Positions 13,790-27,512 of a stretch of DNA of 64,000 bases are shown here, one piece after another. Origin of the DNA: Hemiscyllium ocellatum (lineage: Eukaryota); NCBI RefSeq assembly GCF_020745735.1, contig NC_083401.1, positions 159,020,018-159,084,017 on the forward strand, in the 5' to 3' direction. A model generated the notes under the pieces. It worked only from the letters and a program-made list of their open reading frames with translations. It did not search any database and had not been told where the DNA came from. The number at the start of each line of letters is the position of its first letter. Within the stretch, counting starts at the first letter, position 1. Position numbers and translations under genes: made by a program.

Positions 13790-15945
13790 TAGAGTCAGAT
13801 ATACAACACGGAAACAAACCGTTCAGTCCAGCTCATCCATACCAACCAGATATCCTAACCTAATCAAGTCCTATTTGCCAGCACCTGGCCCATATCCCTC
13901 GAATCCCTTCCTATTTATGTACCCATCCAGATGCCTTTCAGATGCTGTAATTAGACTAGCCTTCACCATTTCCTCTGGCAGCTCGTTCCATACAGGCACC
14001 ACCCTCTGAAAAATTTGCCCTTTTGGTTCCTTTTAAATCTTTCCCCTCTCACCCTAAACGCATGCCCTCTAGCTCTGGACTCCCTCATCCAGAGAAAATA
14101 CATTGGCTATTTATCCTATCCATGCTCCTCATAATTTTATGAGCTCACCCCTCAGCCTCTGATTCTCCAGGGAAAACAGCCCGGGCCTATTTAGCTCTCC
14201 CTATAGCTGAAATTCTCCAAACCTAGCAACGTCTTTGTAAATCTTTTCTAAACCCTTTCAAGTTTCACAACACCCTTCCGACAGGAAGGAGGCCAGAATT
14301 CCATACAATATTCCAAAAGTGGCCTAACCAATGTCCTGTACAGCCACAACATGACCTCCTATACTCCAAGCTCTAACGAATAAAGGAAAGCATACCAAAT
14401 GCCTTCTTCACTATCCTATTTACCTGTGACTCTACTGCAAGGGGATTATACACATGCACTCCAATGTCTCTTTGTCCGGCAACACTTCCCAAGACATTCC
14501 CATTAAGTGTATAAAACCTGCTCTGATTTGCTTTTCCAAAATGCAGTGCCTCACATTTATCTGAATTAAACCCCATCTGCCACTCCTCAGCCCACTGGCC
14601 TATCTGATCAAGATCCCGTTGTACTATGGAAGTAATCTTCTTCGCTGTCCACTAGACCTCCAATTTTGCTGTCATCTACCAACTTACTAACTATACCTCT
14701 TATGCTCACATCCAAATCATTTATATAGACAACGAAAAGCAATGGACTCAGCATTGATCCTTGTGGCATGACACTGATCACAGGCATCCAGTCTGAAAAG
14801 CAACCCTCCACCACCACCCTCTGTCTTCTACCTTTGAGCCAGTTCTGCATCCAAATGGCTAGTTCCTCCTGAATTCCATGAGATCTAACCTTGCTCACAA
14901 GTCTTCCATGAGAACCTTGTTGAATGCCTTACTGAAGTCCATATAAGATCACATCTACCGCTCTGCCCTCATCAATCTTCTTTGTTACTTCTTTAAAAAG
15001 CTCAACCAACTTCATGAGACATGATTTCCCACGCACAAAGCCGTGCTGACTATCCCTAATCAGTTCTTGCCTTTCCAAATACATTTAAATCCTGTCAATC
15101 AGGATTCTCTCCAACAACTTGCCTACCACTGATGTCAGGTTCACAGGTCTGTAGTTCTCCTGGTTTTTCCTTACCACCTTTCTTAAATAGTGGCACCACA
15201 TTAGCCAGTCTTCCGGCACCTCAACTGTGACGATTGATGATCCAAGTATCTTAGCAAGGGGCCCAGCAATCACTTCCCTAGCTTCCCACAGAATTCTAGG
15301 GTACACTTGATCCACTTTTGTGTTTTAAGACATCCAGCACCACCTCCTCGGTAATATGGACATTTTTCAGTGTCACCATCTATTTCCCTACATTCTATAT
15401 CTTCCATGTCCTTCTCCACAGTAAACACTGATACAAAATACTCATTTAGTATCTCCTCTATCTTCTGCAGTTCCACACATAGGCTGCCTTGCTGATCTTT
15501 GAGGATCTTATTCTCTCCCTAGTTACCCTTTTGTACTTAATGTATTTATAAAATCCCTTTGGATTCTCCTTACTCCAACTGGCCAAAACTCTCTCATGTC
15601 CCCATTTAGCCCTCCTGATTTCTCTCAAGTATATTCCTACTTTAGATTCTAAGGAATCACTCAATCTCTGCTGTCTATACCTGACATATACTTCCTTCTT
15701 TTTCTTAGCCAAAACCTCAATTCCTCTAGTCATCCAGCATTCTTTGCACTTACCAGTCTTTCCTTTTACTCTAACAGGAATATACTGTCTCTGGACTCTC
15801 ATTATCTCAATTCTGATGGTTTCCCATTTTCCAGCTGTCCCTTTACCTGTGAATCAACTTTTGAAAGTTCTTGCCAAAATCATCAAAATTAGCCTTCCTA
15901 CAATTTAGAACTTCAATTTTTTAAGATTTTGTCTATCCTTTTCAT
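13790..15945 (-). mobile_element. CR1 LINE ORF2 3' half with tail
   Basis: ORF fragments ENPKGFY, NYRPVNLTSVVGK, PQGSMLSPLLFVVYINDLD and KCEALHFG. Tail tgactcta. Confidence 0.92.
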
Positions 15946-16005
15946 CACCTGGTCAAAATAATTTGCCATAATAACTACAGTGAAACAAAATATATTTCAT
16001 ATAAT

Positions 16006-16011
16006 TTTATT
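16006..16011 (-). terminator. Candidate MMAA polyadenylation signal AATAAA
   Basis: tttatt on the + strand about 320 nt past the stop codon, in an AT-rich non-repetitive stretch just before a CR1 copy begins. Confidence 0.5.
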
Positions 16012-16329
16012 TCACAAAAACTGACCATTTAGTCCATGTGACAAAATATTTAGTGAATCATGGCAAAATCAGCTTCATGAAATTCAAATGGTCCACACTG
16101 CTATGCTCATCCAGGAAATAATCTGCACAAACATATTAAAATTTTAAATGTGCATAAACTAATGTTAGAATCTTCATTAAAGTGCTTCCATATGGAAATC
16201 CCATTGAGCCAGCAAGGAATGTTCCTTTAAAACATTTGAATTATTAAAGTTTGTCTGTGAAAACATTATGATCATTTCCAAATTCACAATCAATAACAGA
16301 TTTGCAATGTTTAATTGAGTACAAGGTAT

Positions 16330-16617
16330 TTACTCCTTTGTCGAAAATGCCTTCAGAAGGATGTCTGCAGCCAAACCAGGAGTTATATCACCATTGACAA
16401 CCTTATCTTCTAAACTTGGAATTTGATCTCTGACAGATGGATGGTCACAGAAGTATTCAGTAATATTTTCTTTAATCAGACTCCACATCCACACTTTTTG
16501 TTGTTTTCGTCTTTTTGTTTGCAACTCACCACTTTCTAATAATGTGGCCTTGAATTTTTCAATTTCCTCCCAGAGTTCAGGAATTCCTTGCCCAGTTTTT
16601 GAAGATATACGGGTCAC
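16330..16617 (-). CDS. MMAA: MMAA coding exon 6 (terminal)
   Basis: Acceptor ttctttttAG|GTG. Encodes VTRISSKTGQGIPELWEE...KRRKQQKVWMW...PGLAADILLKAFSTKE, then TAA; 288 nt. The six exons sum to 1248 nt, an open 415-aa frame. Confidence 0.96.
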   Translation of the reverse strand: MTRISSKTGQGIPELWEEIEKFKATLLESGELQTKRRKQQKVWMWSLIKENITEYFCDHPSVRDQIPSLEDKVVNGDITPGLAADILLKAFSTKE

Positions 16618-16634
16618 CTAAAAAGAACAAAGTA

Positions 16635-17695
16635 CGTACATAAGAAATAGAGGCAGTAGGCTATTTACCCCCTTGAGATTGCCCTGCCATTCTGGAAGAT
16701 CACAATTGACTTGCCCAGGCCTCAACTACTCTTTTATGCCATTTCCTCACAGCCCTCAACTCCTACTTTCTCTTTAAATACTTTCAGTGATCTAGCTTAA
16801 CGGAGGTAAGAAAATTCTAAACATTCATTATTTTAAGCAGAAATTATTTTGCAAACCCATTACAGAACAAGGAGACACTCATTTGTTAAAGGTTTATTTT
16901 CTAGTGGAAACATCCCAACATCTACCCTGTCAAGCACCCTCAGAATCTTGTATGTTACAATAAGGTTATTTTCATTCTTCTAAACTCTAACGAATGAAGG
17001 CCTAATCTATTTAGCCATTCATAAGTCGACTCCTTCATCCCAGGAATTAGCCTGGTGAATCATTTTTGAACTGCCTCCACTGCCAACATATCTGGTCTTA
17101 AATATAGGGACAAAAAACAGTAGTCCAGATGTGGCTTCAACAACACTGCATATAGTTGTGACGAGACTGCCTCCATTTTTAAACATCAAGCCCCTAGCAA
17201 TGATAGTCAAAATTCAATTTGTCCTCCTAATTACTTGCTGTACTGGCACACTTTACTTTTGTGTTCCATGCATGAGAACATTGTGATCCCTCTGCTGTAC
17301 TTTCTGGAGCCCCTTTCCATTTAAACAACAGTCTGCCTTTTGACAGTTCCTTCCAAAGCATGACCTCATTTTCCTAAATTTAAACTCCATCTGCCAAGTT
17401 TTTGCCTCAATTGCTTTACATCCCCTTCTAGATTCCTTGTGTTGTTATTACAATATACCTGTTCCCCCAATTTTAGCATTAGGAGGAAATTTTGATAATT
17501 TAAACTCTGCCCCATTTCAAAGCCATTAATACAGACAGTGAAGTAGTCCACTAGTTACATATTTCCAACCTTAAGACTCATTAGTTCAAAGCCTGTCTTC
17601 ATTAATCCATGATAATTACCCTCAACATCATGTGTTCCTGAATTCTGCCCATTTTTTACATAGCACCTTATTGAATGTTTTCTGGAAATCCAAAT
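16635..17695 (-). mobile_element. Old CR1-like LINE 3' fragment abutting the exon 6 acceptor
   Basis: Begins with cataagaaatag...gtaggc (reverse CR1 tail) and continues as degenerate RT-coding sequence. Confidence 0.65.
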
Positions 17696-18479
17696 TCACG
17701 AGAAGACTTATAAAGAAAAAAGGAGGGAAGGGGCAGGTTGGGCACTGCTGTCTCAGAGCTTATAATCCCACTTGGAAAATCTTTACCTAACTACATGCTG
17801 TGTGAAAATATTGATTCTCATGGCACATTTGCTTCTACTGCAACCTACCTCAATTCTGCACTCTATTGTCCTCTATCCTTTAAGGAGTGGGAATAGATTC
17901 ACCTATCTATACAGACCAGGCCCATCCTGATTTTGACTGAATTTTTTTCAATCTATTCTGATCATCTTTGTGATAATCTTTTTTCTCGTTGTTTGTCTTA
18001 TTCACTCTGGAGGTCTCCGTTCTCTCTCAAACCTAAGTGTTATTCTACCACATCTCTAAGATTTAGGAATGCAAGAAAATGGGAAACATGCATGAATTGG
18101 TCAGAAAGATGATACAAGAAAAGCATGGGGTTCAGGTAAGGGAGAGCAAAGGGTGAAGCAGCTGTGGCCAGAAAGAAGAGATTAAGATTATTTATGGCAA
18201 GGGCAGACAGGACTAGTGAACAAGAAACTAATTTGACTCTTGTGAAAACCACTCTCTATTTCATTCACTAAAGTCTCTTAGGGAAAGATGTCTGTTGTCT
18301 TTAGCTAGTTTAGCCTACATTTCACCCAATGCATATAAGGTTGTTGACTCTCACATACCCAGTCAAAAGGTATCGCAAGGATCTCCTGAACCTAACTGTT
18401 ATAGAACCATTAAAAAGGAATAAAACTGGGTGGATGACTTGGCATCCAGCAAAGCACCGGAAGGAGCAGTGGCACACCA

Positions 18480-19480
18480 ATACTTGTACTATAAAGACCC
18501 CCTTGCTAACAACATCTAGGGACTTATGCCAAAGATGACAGTCATACTCATGAAATTGTCAAATACTGATAAAGATAGATAATTACAGATACCTCCATTA
18601 CAATCCCTGGGAATTTCAGTCAAAAGGACTGACACGTTAGAGGTGGTGACGAAGTACTGTATGATCATGAGGGAACTGATCCTGGAGACCTGAACGTCAA
18701 CTCTAAACCCTGTAATGTCTCAAGGTATCAGGGAAAACAACAGCAAGGCAAACTCCTCACCATCACTTGAAAAGTTCCCTCAGCTGTTGAGAGTATCCCT
18801 CTATACTGAATGTCACTTGAAAGCATTGAGGGTAACAAGGGTACAGAATGTGCTCAACATGGAGGTTTTCAGTATTCATCACTAAGAGTAGTTCAACAGA
18901 ACCACTACTGACAAAAGGTTACTGAATCCTGAAGCACACATCTTCCCTACTGGGCCTGCAGATAGTGATGAGGGAACCAAGAGGAAAAAAAATCTTACTT
19001 GACCTCACCTTCGCCAATTAACCTGTCCACAATTTTGCTAGTAAGAAAACTTGTGGAGAAGAAATCTTGCCTTCACAATGAGATCCAGAATGCTGCATGG
19101 CACAATGACTATGATAAATGGGAAACATGCAGAACAGTTCTAGCAGCTCAAAACAGATCTCCACGAGGTACATTATACCATCAGCAACAACAGAAGGTCT
19201 GAATTCAACTATAGTCTGCAATCACATCGGCTGGCACGTATCGTAGTTTGCTAGTAGCATCAAGCCAGGAGATGAAATTTGGTTCAAAGAGGAATGCAGA
19301 AGATTATGCCAGGTATAGTATAACTATATCTAAAAATTAGATGCCAACCTGAAGTAAGAACACAGGGTTATGTGCATACCAAGCGGAGACAGAATGCAGC
19401 AAGAAAAGCAGAGTAACCCTACAATAGGTCAGATCAAAGCTCTGCAGTCCTGCCATAATCTACCATGAACACTGGAGAAC
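18480..19480 (+). mobile_element. Degenerate non-LTR retrotransposon (endonuclease region), family not assigned
   Basis: Decayed endonuclease-like sequence; probably the same family as the RT fragments at 22430, 42370 and 45240. Confidence 0.4.
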
Positions 19481-20989
19481 GATGTTTCATGATGAGTCAC
19501 ATATCAGACTCAAAATATTAATCCTGTTTCTCTTTCCAAAGACACCTGCCAGGTTTACTGACTTCCTCTAGCATTTTCTATTTTTATTTCTCAAAAGAAA
19601 ATGCATTTAGGGATGAGCAACAAATGCTGACCTTGTCAGCAATACACTCAGCCCACAAAATAGTTGAAACAAAAAGGAGTAAAGTGGGGTTCATTAGTAT
19701 TGATGGTATATTGAATGGAAACAGCTGGAACTGTTGTACAGAACACAGAACAAATAGATGTGATGAATGTGGGACCACTGAAGGAGGAAATGTCCGATTA
19801 AGGCTGAGAGCTAGGAAGGCCTAATCTTGGACTGAAGCACAGCTCCCATTTTAAGCTATGTTAGAGATAATATTTCAGTGTTTCAAATTGAAGTAGCTGG
19901 GAGCAGATGAGGTGCTGAAATGATCAAATACTGAGATCATTTACTTGAAATGAGAATCTGAACACAGTATGACCCCCCCCCCCCCGCCAAGTCCTGTTAG
20001 AGGTCAGGTTGAGCAAATCATATGAACATTTCATGTATCAAATTCTATATTCATATATACCACCAAGAACCCTTGATTTTGCTGCTTGACAAGAAGTTAT
20101 CCATCTCTTGTCTCAGATGATCGTTGAGGCAAGATCATTGACAAAGGGCTACAATATTTCAGAAGAAAGTTTGCTTTAGTTGTCCTGAAAAGGCAGACCT
20201 AACTTTATAACAGCGGCCCCAGTTCTTCACTGACCCACAAAAGGAGACAAGATTAATTTGTCCCGCATAACTTCATAAGACAACTCACTTACTCCAGGCA
20301 TCAGTACATTAAACCTCCTCTGAACCACTACCAATGCTTTTACATCTTTCTTTAAAAGAGGAGACCAAGAATGCAAACAGTATTTGAAAGGTGGTCTCAT
20401 TAAAGCCCTGCTGAACCGAAGAACATCATCTTTATGTTCAATTTCAATTTCCCAATAGTCTTTTTGATTATATATTGTACTCATGGTGTGCATGCATTTG
20501 CTGTATTAAGTACGTATCTAAATAGTCATTTGTACTAAACTAATTTAGATTGTAACTTCTCATTTGTTTAAAGAGATATCAAGTTTTTAAATTCTGCATT
20601 TGAAGGCTTTTGAGTAGGCTTATTTTCAAGGGTGCACTGTGAGAGCAGCCTAATTAAAAATTGGTTGAAACTGTAACTGCATTTACTGAGTGAGACAGGC
20701 GCTGTGTTACAGAGTGCAGAAATTAAACATCTCAAGGGGTTCAGTGGAGAAAGAACACAAGTGCTTGGTTGACTTTCGCCTCAACAAAAAAAAAAGCAGC
20801 TGATTGGTGAGTATTCTAGTCTTTAAATGTGAAAGTAAAACTGATATTTGTGCCAAGGTCTCCAATTTTTTTCTCCTCTCACAAATAACATTTCAGGTAT
20901 AAGATTAAAATTAATGCTGACATTGATATTAAAAAGATAAAAATAATAAAGTGTAAAAAGCAGGGATACTAAAATGATTTGAATCAATA

Positions 20990-22425
20990 ACTTGATTAAC
21001 TACGATTAACTTAGGAGGTTGGATAATGTGCTGCAACTGCAATATGTGGGGGTTTCTGAATACCAAGGTGATCATATCTGTAAGTGAATGTTTCCAACTT
21101 GAACAATTTTGAGGATCTGGATTCTGAGCTGTAGACATTGTGCTGCATCAGAAAGGGGGAAGCTGCCTGGACATTTTACTTCAGCAGGTAGCCACACTCC
21201 TTGAAATTAGTCATTCAAGGTTGGTCTGTGATTAAGGACAGTATGGTGTAATTGTGGACAAGATAGGTATGTGGACTAACGGGCAGCTCTCAAGGAGCAT
21301 CAATCCCTGCAATTGTACAACAGTAGTGCGTTCTTGCGATTTCTATGACTAGTGGGGACTACAGGGAGGATAAGTAACCTGACCACGATACAGGGAGCCT
21401 TTCAAGTGGAGTGAGGAAATAGGAATATATTCAAGGTAGAAGACAGTACAATTAGGGATACTCTTCTCTGCAGCCATGGGCATGAGTTCTGAAGGCTGTA
21501 TTCATTGCTGGAGCAAGGGTTAAAGATATTATCTATGGGCTGGATAGGAACACGGAGGGAGGGAGGCTTTGGAGGTGGCTAAGTTGTATTGAGTAGCTGA
21601 TGATTTGATGTATTGAAATAGTTGTCATCCACATTGGCATGAACAACAATAACAGGACAAGAGAGAAGCTTTTACTGAAAGGTCTTGAACAGTTAGGAGT
21701 TAAAGAAAACCTCCAAGGTTATGATCTCAGGATTACTACTAGAGCCATGGACAAATTGACACAGAATAAATAAAGGAGTGAAATGTGTGACAGAAAGATT
21801 GGTGTGGGAGGAATGGATTTCAGATCATGAAGCAATAGTACTGGGTAGAAAGCAGCTGTTCCAGTCAGAGGGGCTTTACTTGAATCATGCCGAGACCAGT
21901 TCCTGGCAAAACTAATAACTAAGGCTCTAGAAAGGTCTTTAAACTAATTACAGCAGAGTGGTAGGTCAAGAAGAGAGAAAACATAGGCTTACAAATCAAA
22001 AGTATAACCCAACATTGCAGGGTAGCTATTTTGACAATGATATCCAAAGTGGAATAGGAAAGGGCAGAGTATAAAAACATAAGGAACAATGGCAAATAGA
22101 TACAAAGGGGGAACAAAAGGTAATAAATTTTTACTTGAATGTGCATAGCATCAAAATAAGATTTAAAAAAAGCATACACAGAGGTCAATAGCCATTATGG
22201 AGACACAGCAAGAAGGAAATCGAAGTTGGGAATTGAACCTTCAAAAGGGCAAGCAGGAAGGGAAGGGTTGTGGTGGCTTTATTGGTGTGAGAGGCAATAA
22301 TACTTTAGCAAGAAATGATCCTGTTTCGGATGATGTAGAATCCATGTGGGTGGAGTCAAGAAATATCAAGGGGAAGACAATACTAGTTGGTGTTGTGGAT
22401 AGGCCCCTTAAAAAGATAGCTATTC
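20990..22425 (+). mobile_element. Old CR1 ORF1 / early ORF2 remnant
   Basis: CCNC motif, HIGMNN and ISGLL remnants, and ESMWVE...TILVGVVDRP. Confidence 0.65.
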
Positions 22426-22429
22426 TGTA

Positions 22430-23450
22430 GATGAACTCCAGAGGTGAGACGAGAGTGACAGCCCTAGACATCTAGGCTATATTTGACCAAGTGTGGTATT
22501 AAGGAGCCCTACCAAAACTGGAATCAATGGGTATCAGGGGCCAAACTCTCCAGTGAATGGAGTCACACCTGACACATAGGAAAATGGTCACGGTCCTTAA
22601 GGCAGTCATCTCAGCTCCAGGACATCTTTAAATGAGTTCCTCAGAGTAGCGTCCGAGGCCCAACCATCTTCAGCTGCTTCATCAATGAACAACTCTCCAT
22701 TATATAAGGTCAGAAGTGAAGATGTTCACCGATGATCGCACAATGTTCAGCACCATTCGTGACTTCTCAGATACTGAACAGTCCACGTTCATATCCAGGC
22801 TTCGGCTGATAGGTGCCAAGTAACGTTCCCACGACAAAAATGCCATACTATGACCATCATCAATAAGAGACAGACAATCGAACCATTGTCCCTTGGCATT
22901 CAATGGTGTAACTATCACTGAATCTTCCACTATTATCACCCTGGGGGTGATCATTGACCAGAAACTCAACTGGACTTACCACTTAAACACAGTGGCTACA
23001 CAAGCAAGTCAGAGGCTGGGAATATTGCAGTGAATAACTCACGTCCCTACTCCTCAAAGTCTATCCACCATTAACAAGGCACAAGTCAGGAATGTGATGG
23101 AATACTCTCCCACTTGCCTGGATAAGTGCTGCTGTAACACTCAACAAGCTTGACACCATCCAGGAGAAAGCAGCTTGCTTGACTGGCACTATATCTACAA
23201 GCATCCGCTCCCTCAAAACTCATTCAAGTTCTCCTCCAGGCCACTCTCCATCCTGACCTGGAAATACGTCGCTATTCCTTCACTGTCACAGGGTCAAAAT
23301 CCTGGAATTCCCTCCCTAATGGCATTGTGGGTCAATCCACAGCAGGTGGACTGCAGCAGTTCACCTCCACCTTCTCAAGGCAACTAGGGACGACCAATAA
23401 ATGCTGGTCAGCCAACAACACCAACATCCCACAAAATGAGCAAAAAAAAG
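22430..23450 (+). mobile_element. Non-LTR retrotransposon RT/3' fragment nested in CR1
   Basis: ALDIxAIFDQVW, PQSSVRGPTIFSCFIN and MFTDD remnants. Ends aataaatgctgg...poly-A. Confidence 0.7.
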
Positions 23451-24625
23451 GCAGAATAAATCAGAAGATAATGAAGACATGTACAAAACTCATTAATCAT
23501 TAGTGACTTTAATCATAATATAGATTGGCAAAATCTAATTGGCAGAAGTAGCTACAAGGAAGAATTCAGACTGCATTTGGGGCAGTTTCCCAGAACAATG
23601 TATTGTGGATCAGATCAGGGATCAGGTTACTTTGGATATGATCATACGCAATGAGGCAAGCCTAATAAACGATCTCAGAGTAAAAGACCCCCAGAGAACA
23701 GAGACCATAACATGGTAGAATATAGCATTCAGTTTGACAGCAAGTAACTTGGGTTGGAAACAACTGATTAAACTTAAATAACGAGAATTACAAATGAAGA
23801 AGGGAGAATTGGGTGGAGAGGACTGGGAGAGAAGTTCAGCATGATGGCAATTTGTAACTAATCGATCAGTGCTGGACCACAATCAGTTACAATATAAATC
23901 AATGATTTGATGACAGGTGAATATACTATAGCCACATTTGTGGATGACAAAAATAGGTGGGAAGGCAATTAGTGAGGATGACTCAAGGAGTCGACAGAGG
24001 AATATAGATAGGTTAAGTGAGTGGGCAAACACTTGGCAGATATAATATGTGGGAAAATGTGCTCTGTGGTAAGAAAAAATAGAAAAACTGAGTATTATTT
24101 AAATGGGGAAATACTGCAGAAAGTTCCAGTCTGTGGGACTTAGTAGTCCTGGTCCATAAATCACAAAGTTGGCATCCACGTTCAGCTCATAATAGACAAA
24201 GTAATAAGACTGCTGACCTTTATTTCAAAGGGAATGGAAGAGGAAAAAAGAAAGGGAGTTTTGCTAAAACTATACAAAGGCACAAGTCAAACTGTAAAAA
24301 ATCTTGTCCTTTTATTTAAGGGATATACTGGAATTGGACACAGTCCCGAAAGTTTCACTGTGTTAATCCTGGACATGGAGTGATTTTGTTATCAGCAGAG
24401 GTTGAATAGATTAGGCTTGTACAAATTAGTGGAGTTAACAGAAAGAGAGGTCTTGTTGAAACAAAAGATTGTCAGGGGGCTAGACAGGGGAGATGCAGAG
24501 AGGCTGTTTCCCCTTGTGGGAGACTTCGAGCAAGAATGCATAAAATCAGAGTAAGGAGTTGCCCACATGACAGACAAGAAGAATTTTTTCTGAGAGTTGT
24601 GAATCTATTTATTCTTTGCCGCACA
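23450..24625 (+). mobile_element. Continuation of the old CR1 ORF2
   Basis: DFN...IDW, FVDD and 3' region remnants. Confidence 0.6.
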
Positions 24626-25004
24626 GCACATGGTGACGAAAACCATATATTTTAAATATGCTTTAATTTTGGAATTTAGATTTCAAAATAGATGCAGATG
24701 AACGTTAGTTATTTCTGTGAAGGATTTTCTTTAAACAAAACAGTCACAGTGCCTTACGGAACAATGACCTAATCCAGTGTTTGTCAAGACAGCAATTGAT
24801 TACAAACCTGTGGTGTTAATGAAACGATGTTTATGCAGTTATGCTAGGAAAGTTAGAGTAGAGCTAGTTTGTCTTTGTTCAGAAGAATGTAAGACAAGCA
24901 AACTTTTTTTAAAAATTGAAGTTCAGTTCAGAAACAAGTTTTTCCTATTCAGTTCACATTAACGTGTTGAGTTTAGATGTTTAGTCTCCTTCCTAGTAAG
25001 TTGA

Positions 25005-25220
25005 AAATGTGTTGCGGGTTAAAGCACAGCAGGTTAGGCAGCATCCAAGGAATAGGAAATTCGACGTTTCGGGCATAAGCCCTTCATCAGGAATGATGAA
25101 TCAGGGCTTATGCCCGAAACGTCAAATTTCCTATTCTTTGGATGCTGCCTAACCTGCTGTGCTTTAACCAGCAACACATTTTCAACTGTGATCTCCAGCA
25201 TCTGCAGACCTCATTTTTTA
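25005..25220. mobile_element. Fold-back PLE-derived mini-element
   Basis: Inverted arms around 25090-25103. 19-bp direct repeat CTCCTTCCTAGTAAGTTGA at 24986-25004 and 25221-25239. Confidence 0.9.
25059..25094 (-). ncRNA. Minimal type I hammerhead ribozyme motif (intact; MMAA intron 5, sense)
   Basis: ATTC-CTGATGA-A-GGGC(TTAT)GCCC-GAAA-CGTC-GAAT. Confidence 0.8.
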
Positions 25221-27362
25221 CTCCTTCCTAGTAAGTTGACTAACTTTTTAGAGCAGTTCAGACAAGAGTTTATTTTGTAAAACTTCCAAACAAGAGAGTT
25301 GGTTTAGAAGTCTACAAGTTATTAGCACCGAGAAACATTAATTTCTCTGATTTGTGGAAAAGATATTTATCCCAAAACTTCCAAATTATGCAGCATCCTG
25401 ACCAGCATACCGATGAAACTGTAGCTTCAAATCACGAGCAGAAAAGGCAAAGGCTTCTTTTATCGCAAAACACTAGCAGAATTTTTCACTAAAAATTTTC
25501 AAAACTATTCAGCCTCTGATACTAAATGGAATGGATGCTAGAAATAGAGTTGTACCGTAAGTCTTATGCTAATCTTGAAAATACCTCTCTCCGAGAACAA
25601 GCCTATCCACAAAGTTCTGCAGTAAGCCTCAAATTATATGATCAGCTACCCTTTTACATCTGAACTTGCATGAGCAACCCACCAAATAATTGGTGTGGGA
25701 GCCATTGTGGAAGTTATGCATTCATCACAAGGTGCCTGTTTCAGCCAATGCTTTTCAATTTTCTTTGTACGCTGGGAAACTCTCAAATACTACTTACTGA
25801 CCTAACTGATTAATCAACATCAGTTCATAAAAAATCTTCCCTACTCCTTGCATCAAATAGGAGAGAACCTGTGTAAGTGCAACTCTAATGTGCTTGCAGG
25901 GCTGAATTATAATTTTGCAGAACACTGGAAAGAATAACTCCAGGGTAACCTGTGGGGAGCCAAGGAGCGATAGCTCAAATGCAGATGCTGTTTTGCACAT
26001 CTATTGTACACACCAATGATGATGATCTGGGCTTCAACCTAAAAAGGGCTCACGATAGAGGTAACAAGGGAACTTTACTGTCAGTTTTCCACTGGTGAGA
26101 CACACACAGATCTTTGATCATCAGCAACAGGCAGCTGACAGTGAGAGAAATGATGATGGTGGAGATGGTTCATCATCATTGCCTCCCAGTAATCTCCTTC
26201 AAAGTTAAGAGGTAGATAGAGAATAGAAGTAGCACATTTGTGTCAATGCCAAAATAGCTGGCATTAACACCAGGGTTAAAAAAGGATAAATGCAAGTCGC
26301 AAGATGCCCAACATTAAGGCCCAGCAGTTTACTGCCCTAACCTCTGACACTTAAAGATTAACAGTTCAAGATTTTCAATGCAGTTGTGACTAGGCACCTG
26401 GAGACAACTGGTGAGATTGTAAAGGAAAATCTCTTCAGAAACAATAGAGCAGTTCTGCATGGTATCACAACGAGAGAACAAGTATACTTCCCTTTCTTCC
26501 CTTGACTACAGTACCTCTTCTAAATCAAAGTCATTGATAGGTTCAGTTGAAAACCATTTATTCAGCAATGTGATTTAAGATTCACAGTCAGTTACAGAAA
26601 AAAATTCTGTTGCTCGGTATATTTCAAAGGAATCCTGAATGACAAAAAAAAACTGCACACAAGAAAACAATTGCACCATCAATAAACGGAAAAAACTTAG
26701 TATGGCAACTCTCAATTGTAGGAAAAAATAACTAACTTATGAATTTGGACAATCCAAACTTCAATGACTTTGACTTTGAAACACCTAATCACGAATAAAG
26801 GAGTTGTAATGCAAACCACCGTACAAGATACATTAACTAAGTTTGTGCAAGGTGGATTGTTATATTAGAAAAAAGTAAATCTTTCTACCACAGAATCAGT
26901 TTTTGATGCCTGCATGTGTCGATCTAATTGAATGATGTTTACACAATGAAGGGATAAATGCGTTAAGTGCATAGCAAAGGTCCGTTCACATGTTCAAAAT
27001 ATGGAATACATGTATCTTCTATTTTCTAACAAAATGTCATGGGTGAACAGAATGTATACCAAATTTTGAAAAGCACTATTTTTTCAAAGAAGTAAAACTA
27101 AATTTAGATTTGCATTTGCAGAGGCTTAGGTAGAAGTGGTCTCTCTCATGTCCCGAAGATAGATCTCTGGAGCACAGGCGCATTAAAGAGATAGTAAAAT
27201 GTGCCTTCGGTATAGAACTACCATTTGAAGAAAACTAAACATTTATCTGGTAGCTGCTATTTTATGGGACAGAAATTATGTTTTCCTGTCAGTAAAAAGC
27301 ATTAAAGTGGTTCAAGAGCAAGTCTAGGAAGGTATGTATTGTCCACATTTAGCACACATCAC

Positions 27363-27512
27363 CTTTGGTTTCCAGTTCTTTGACCGATTACGCAGCAATT
27401 TTAGTGCACTTGTGTATTCAGCTTGCATCCTTCTAGCAGGAACAAGGAAGTCTCCATCAGCTTTTGTGATAACAACTAAATCTGCCACCTCTATTATACC
27501 ACGTTTAATACC
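27363..27512 (-). CDS. MMAA: MMAA coding exon 5
   Basis: Acceptor tcctttAG|GGT. Encodes [50 protein letters not shown], including the G4-like TKAD. Donor AAG|GTGATG; 150 nt. Confidence 0.96.
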
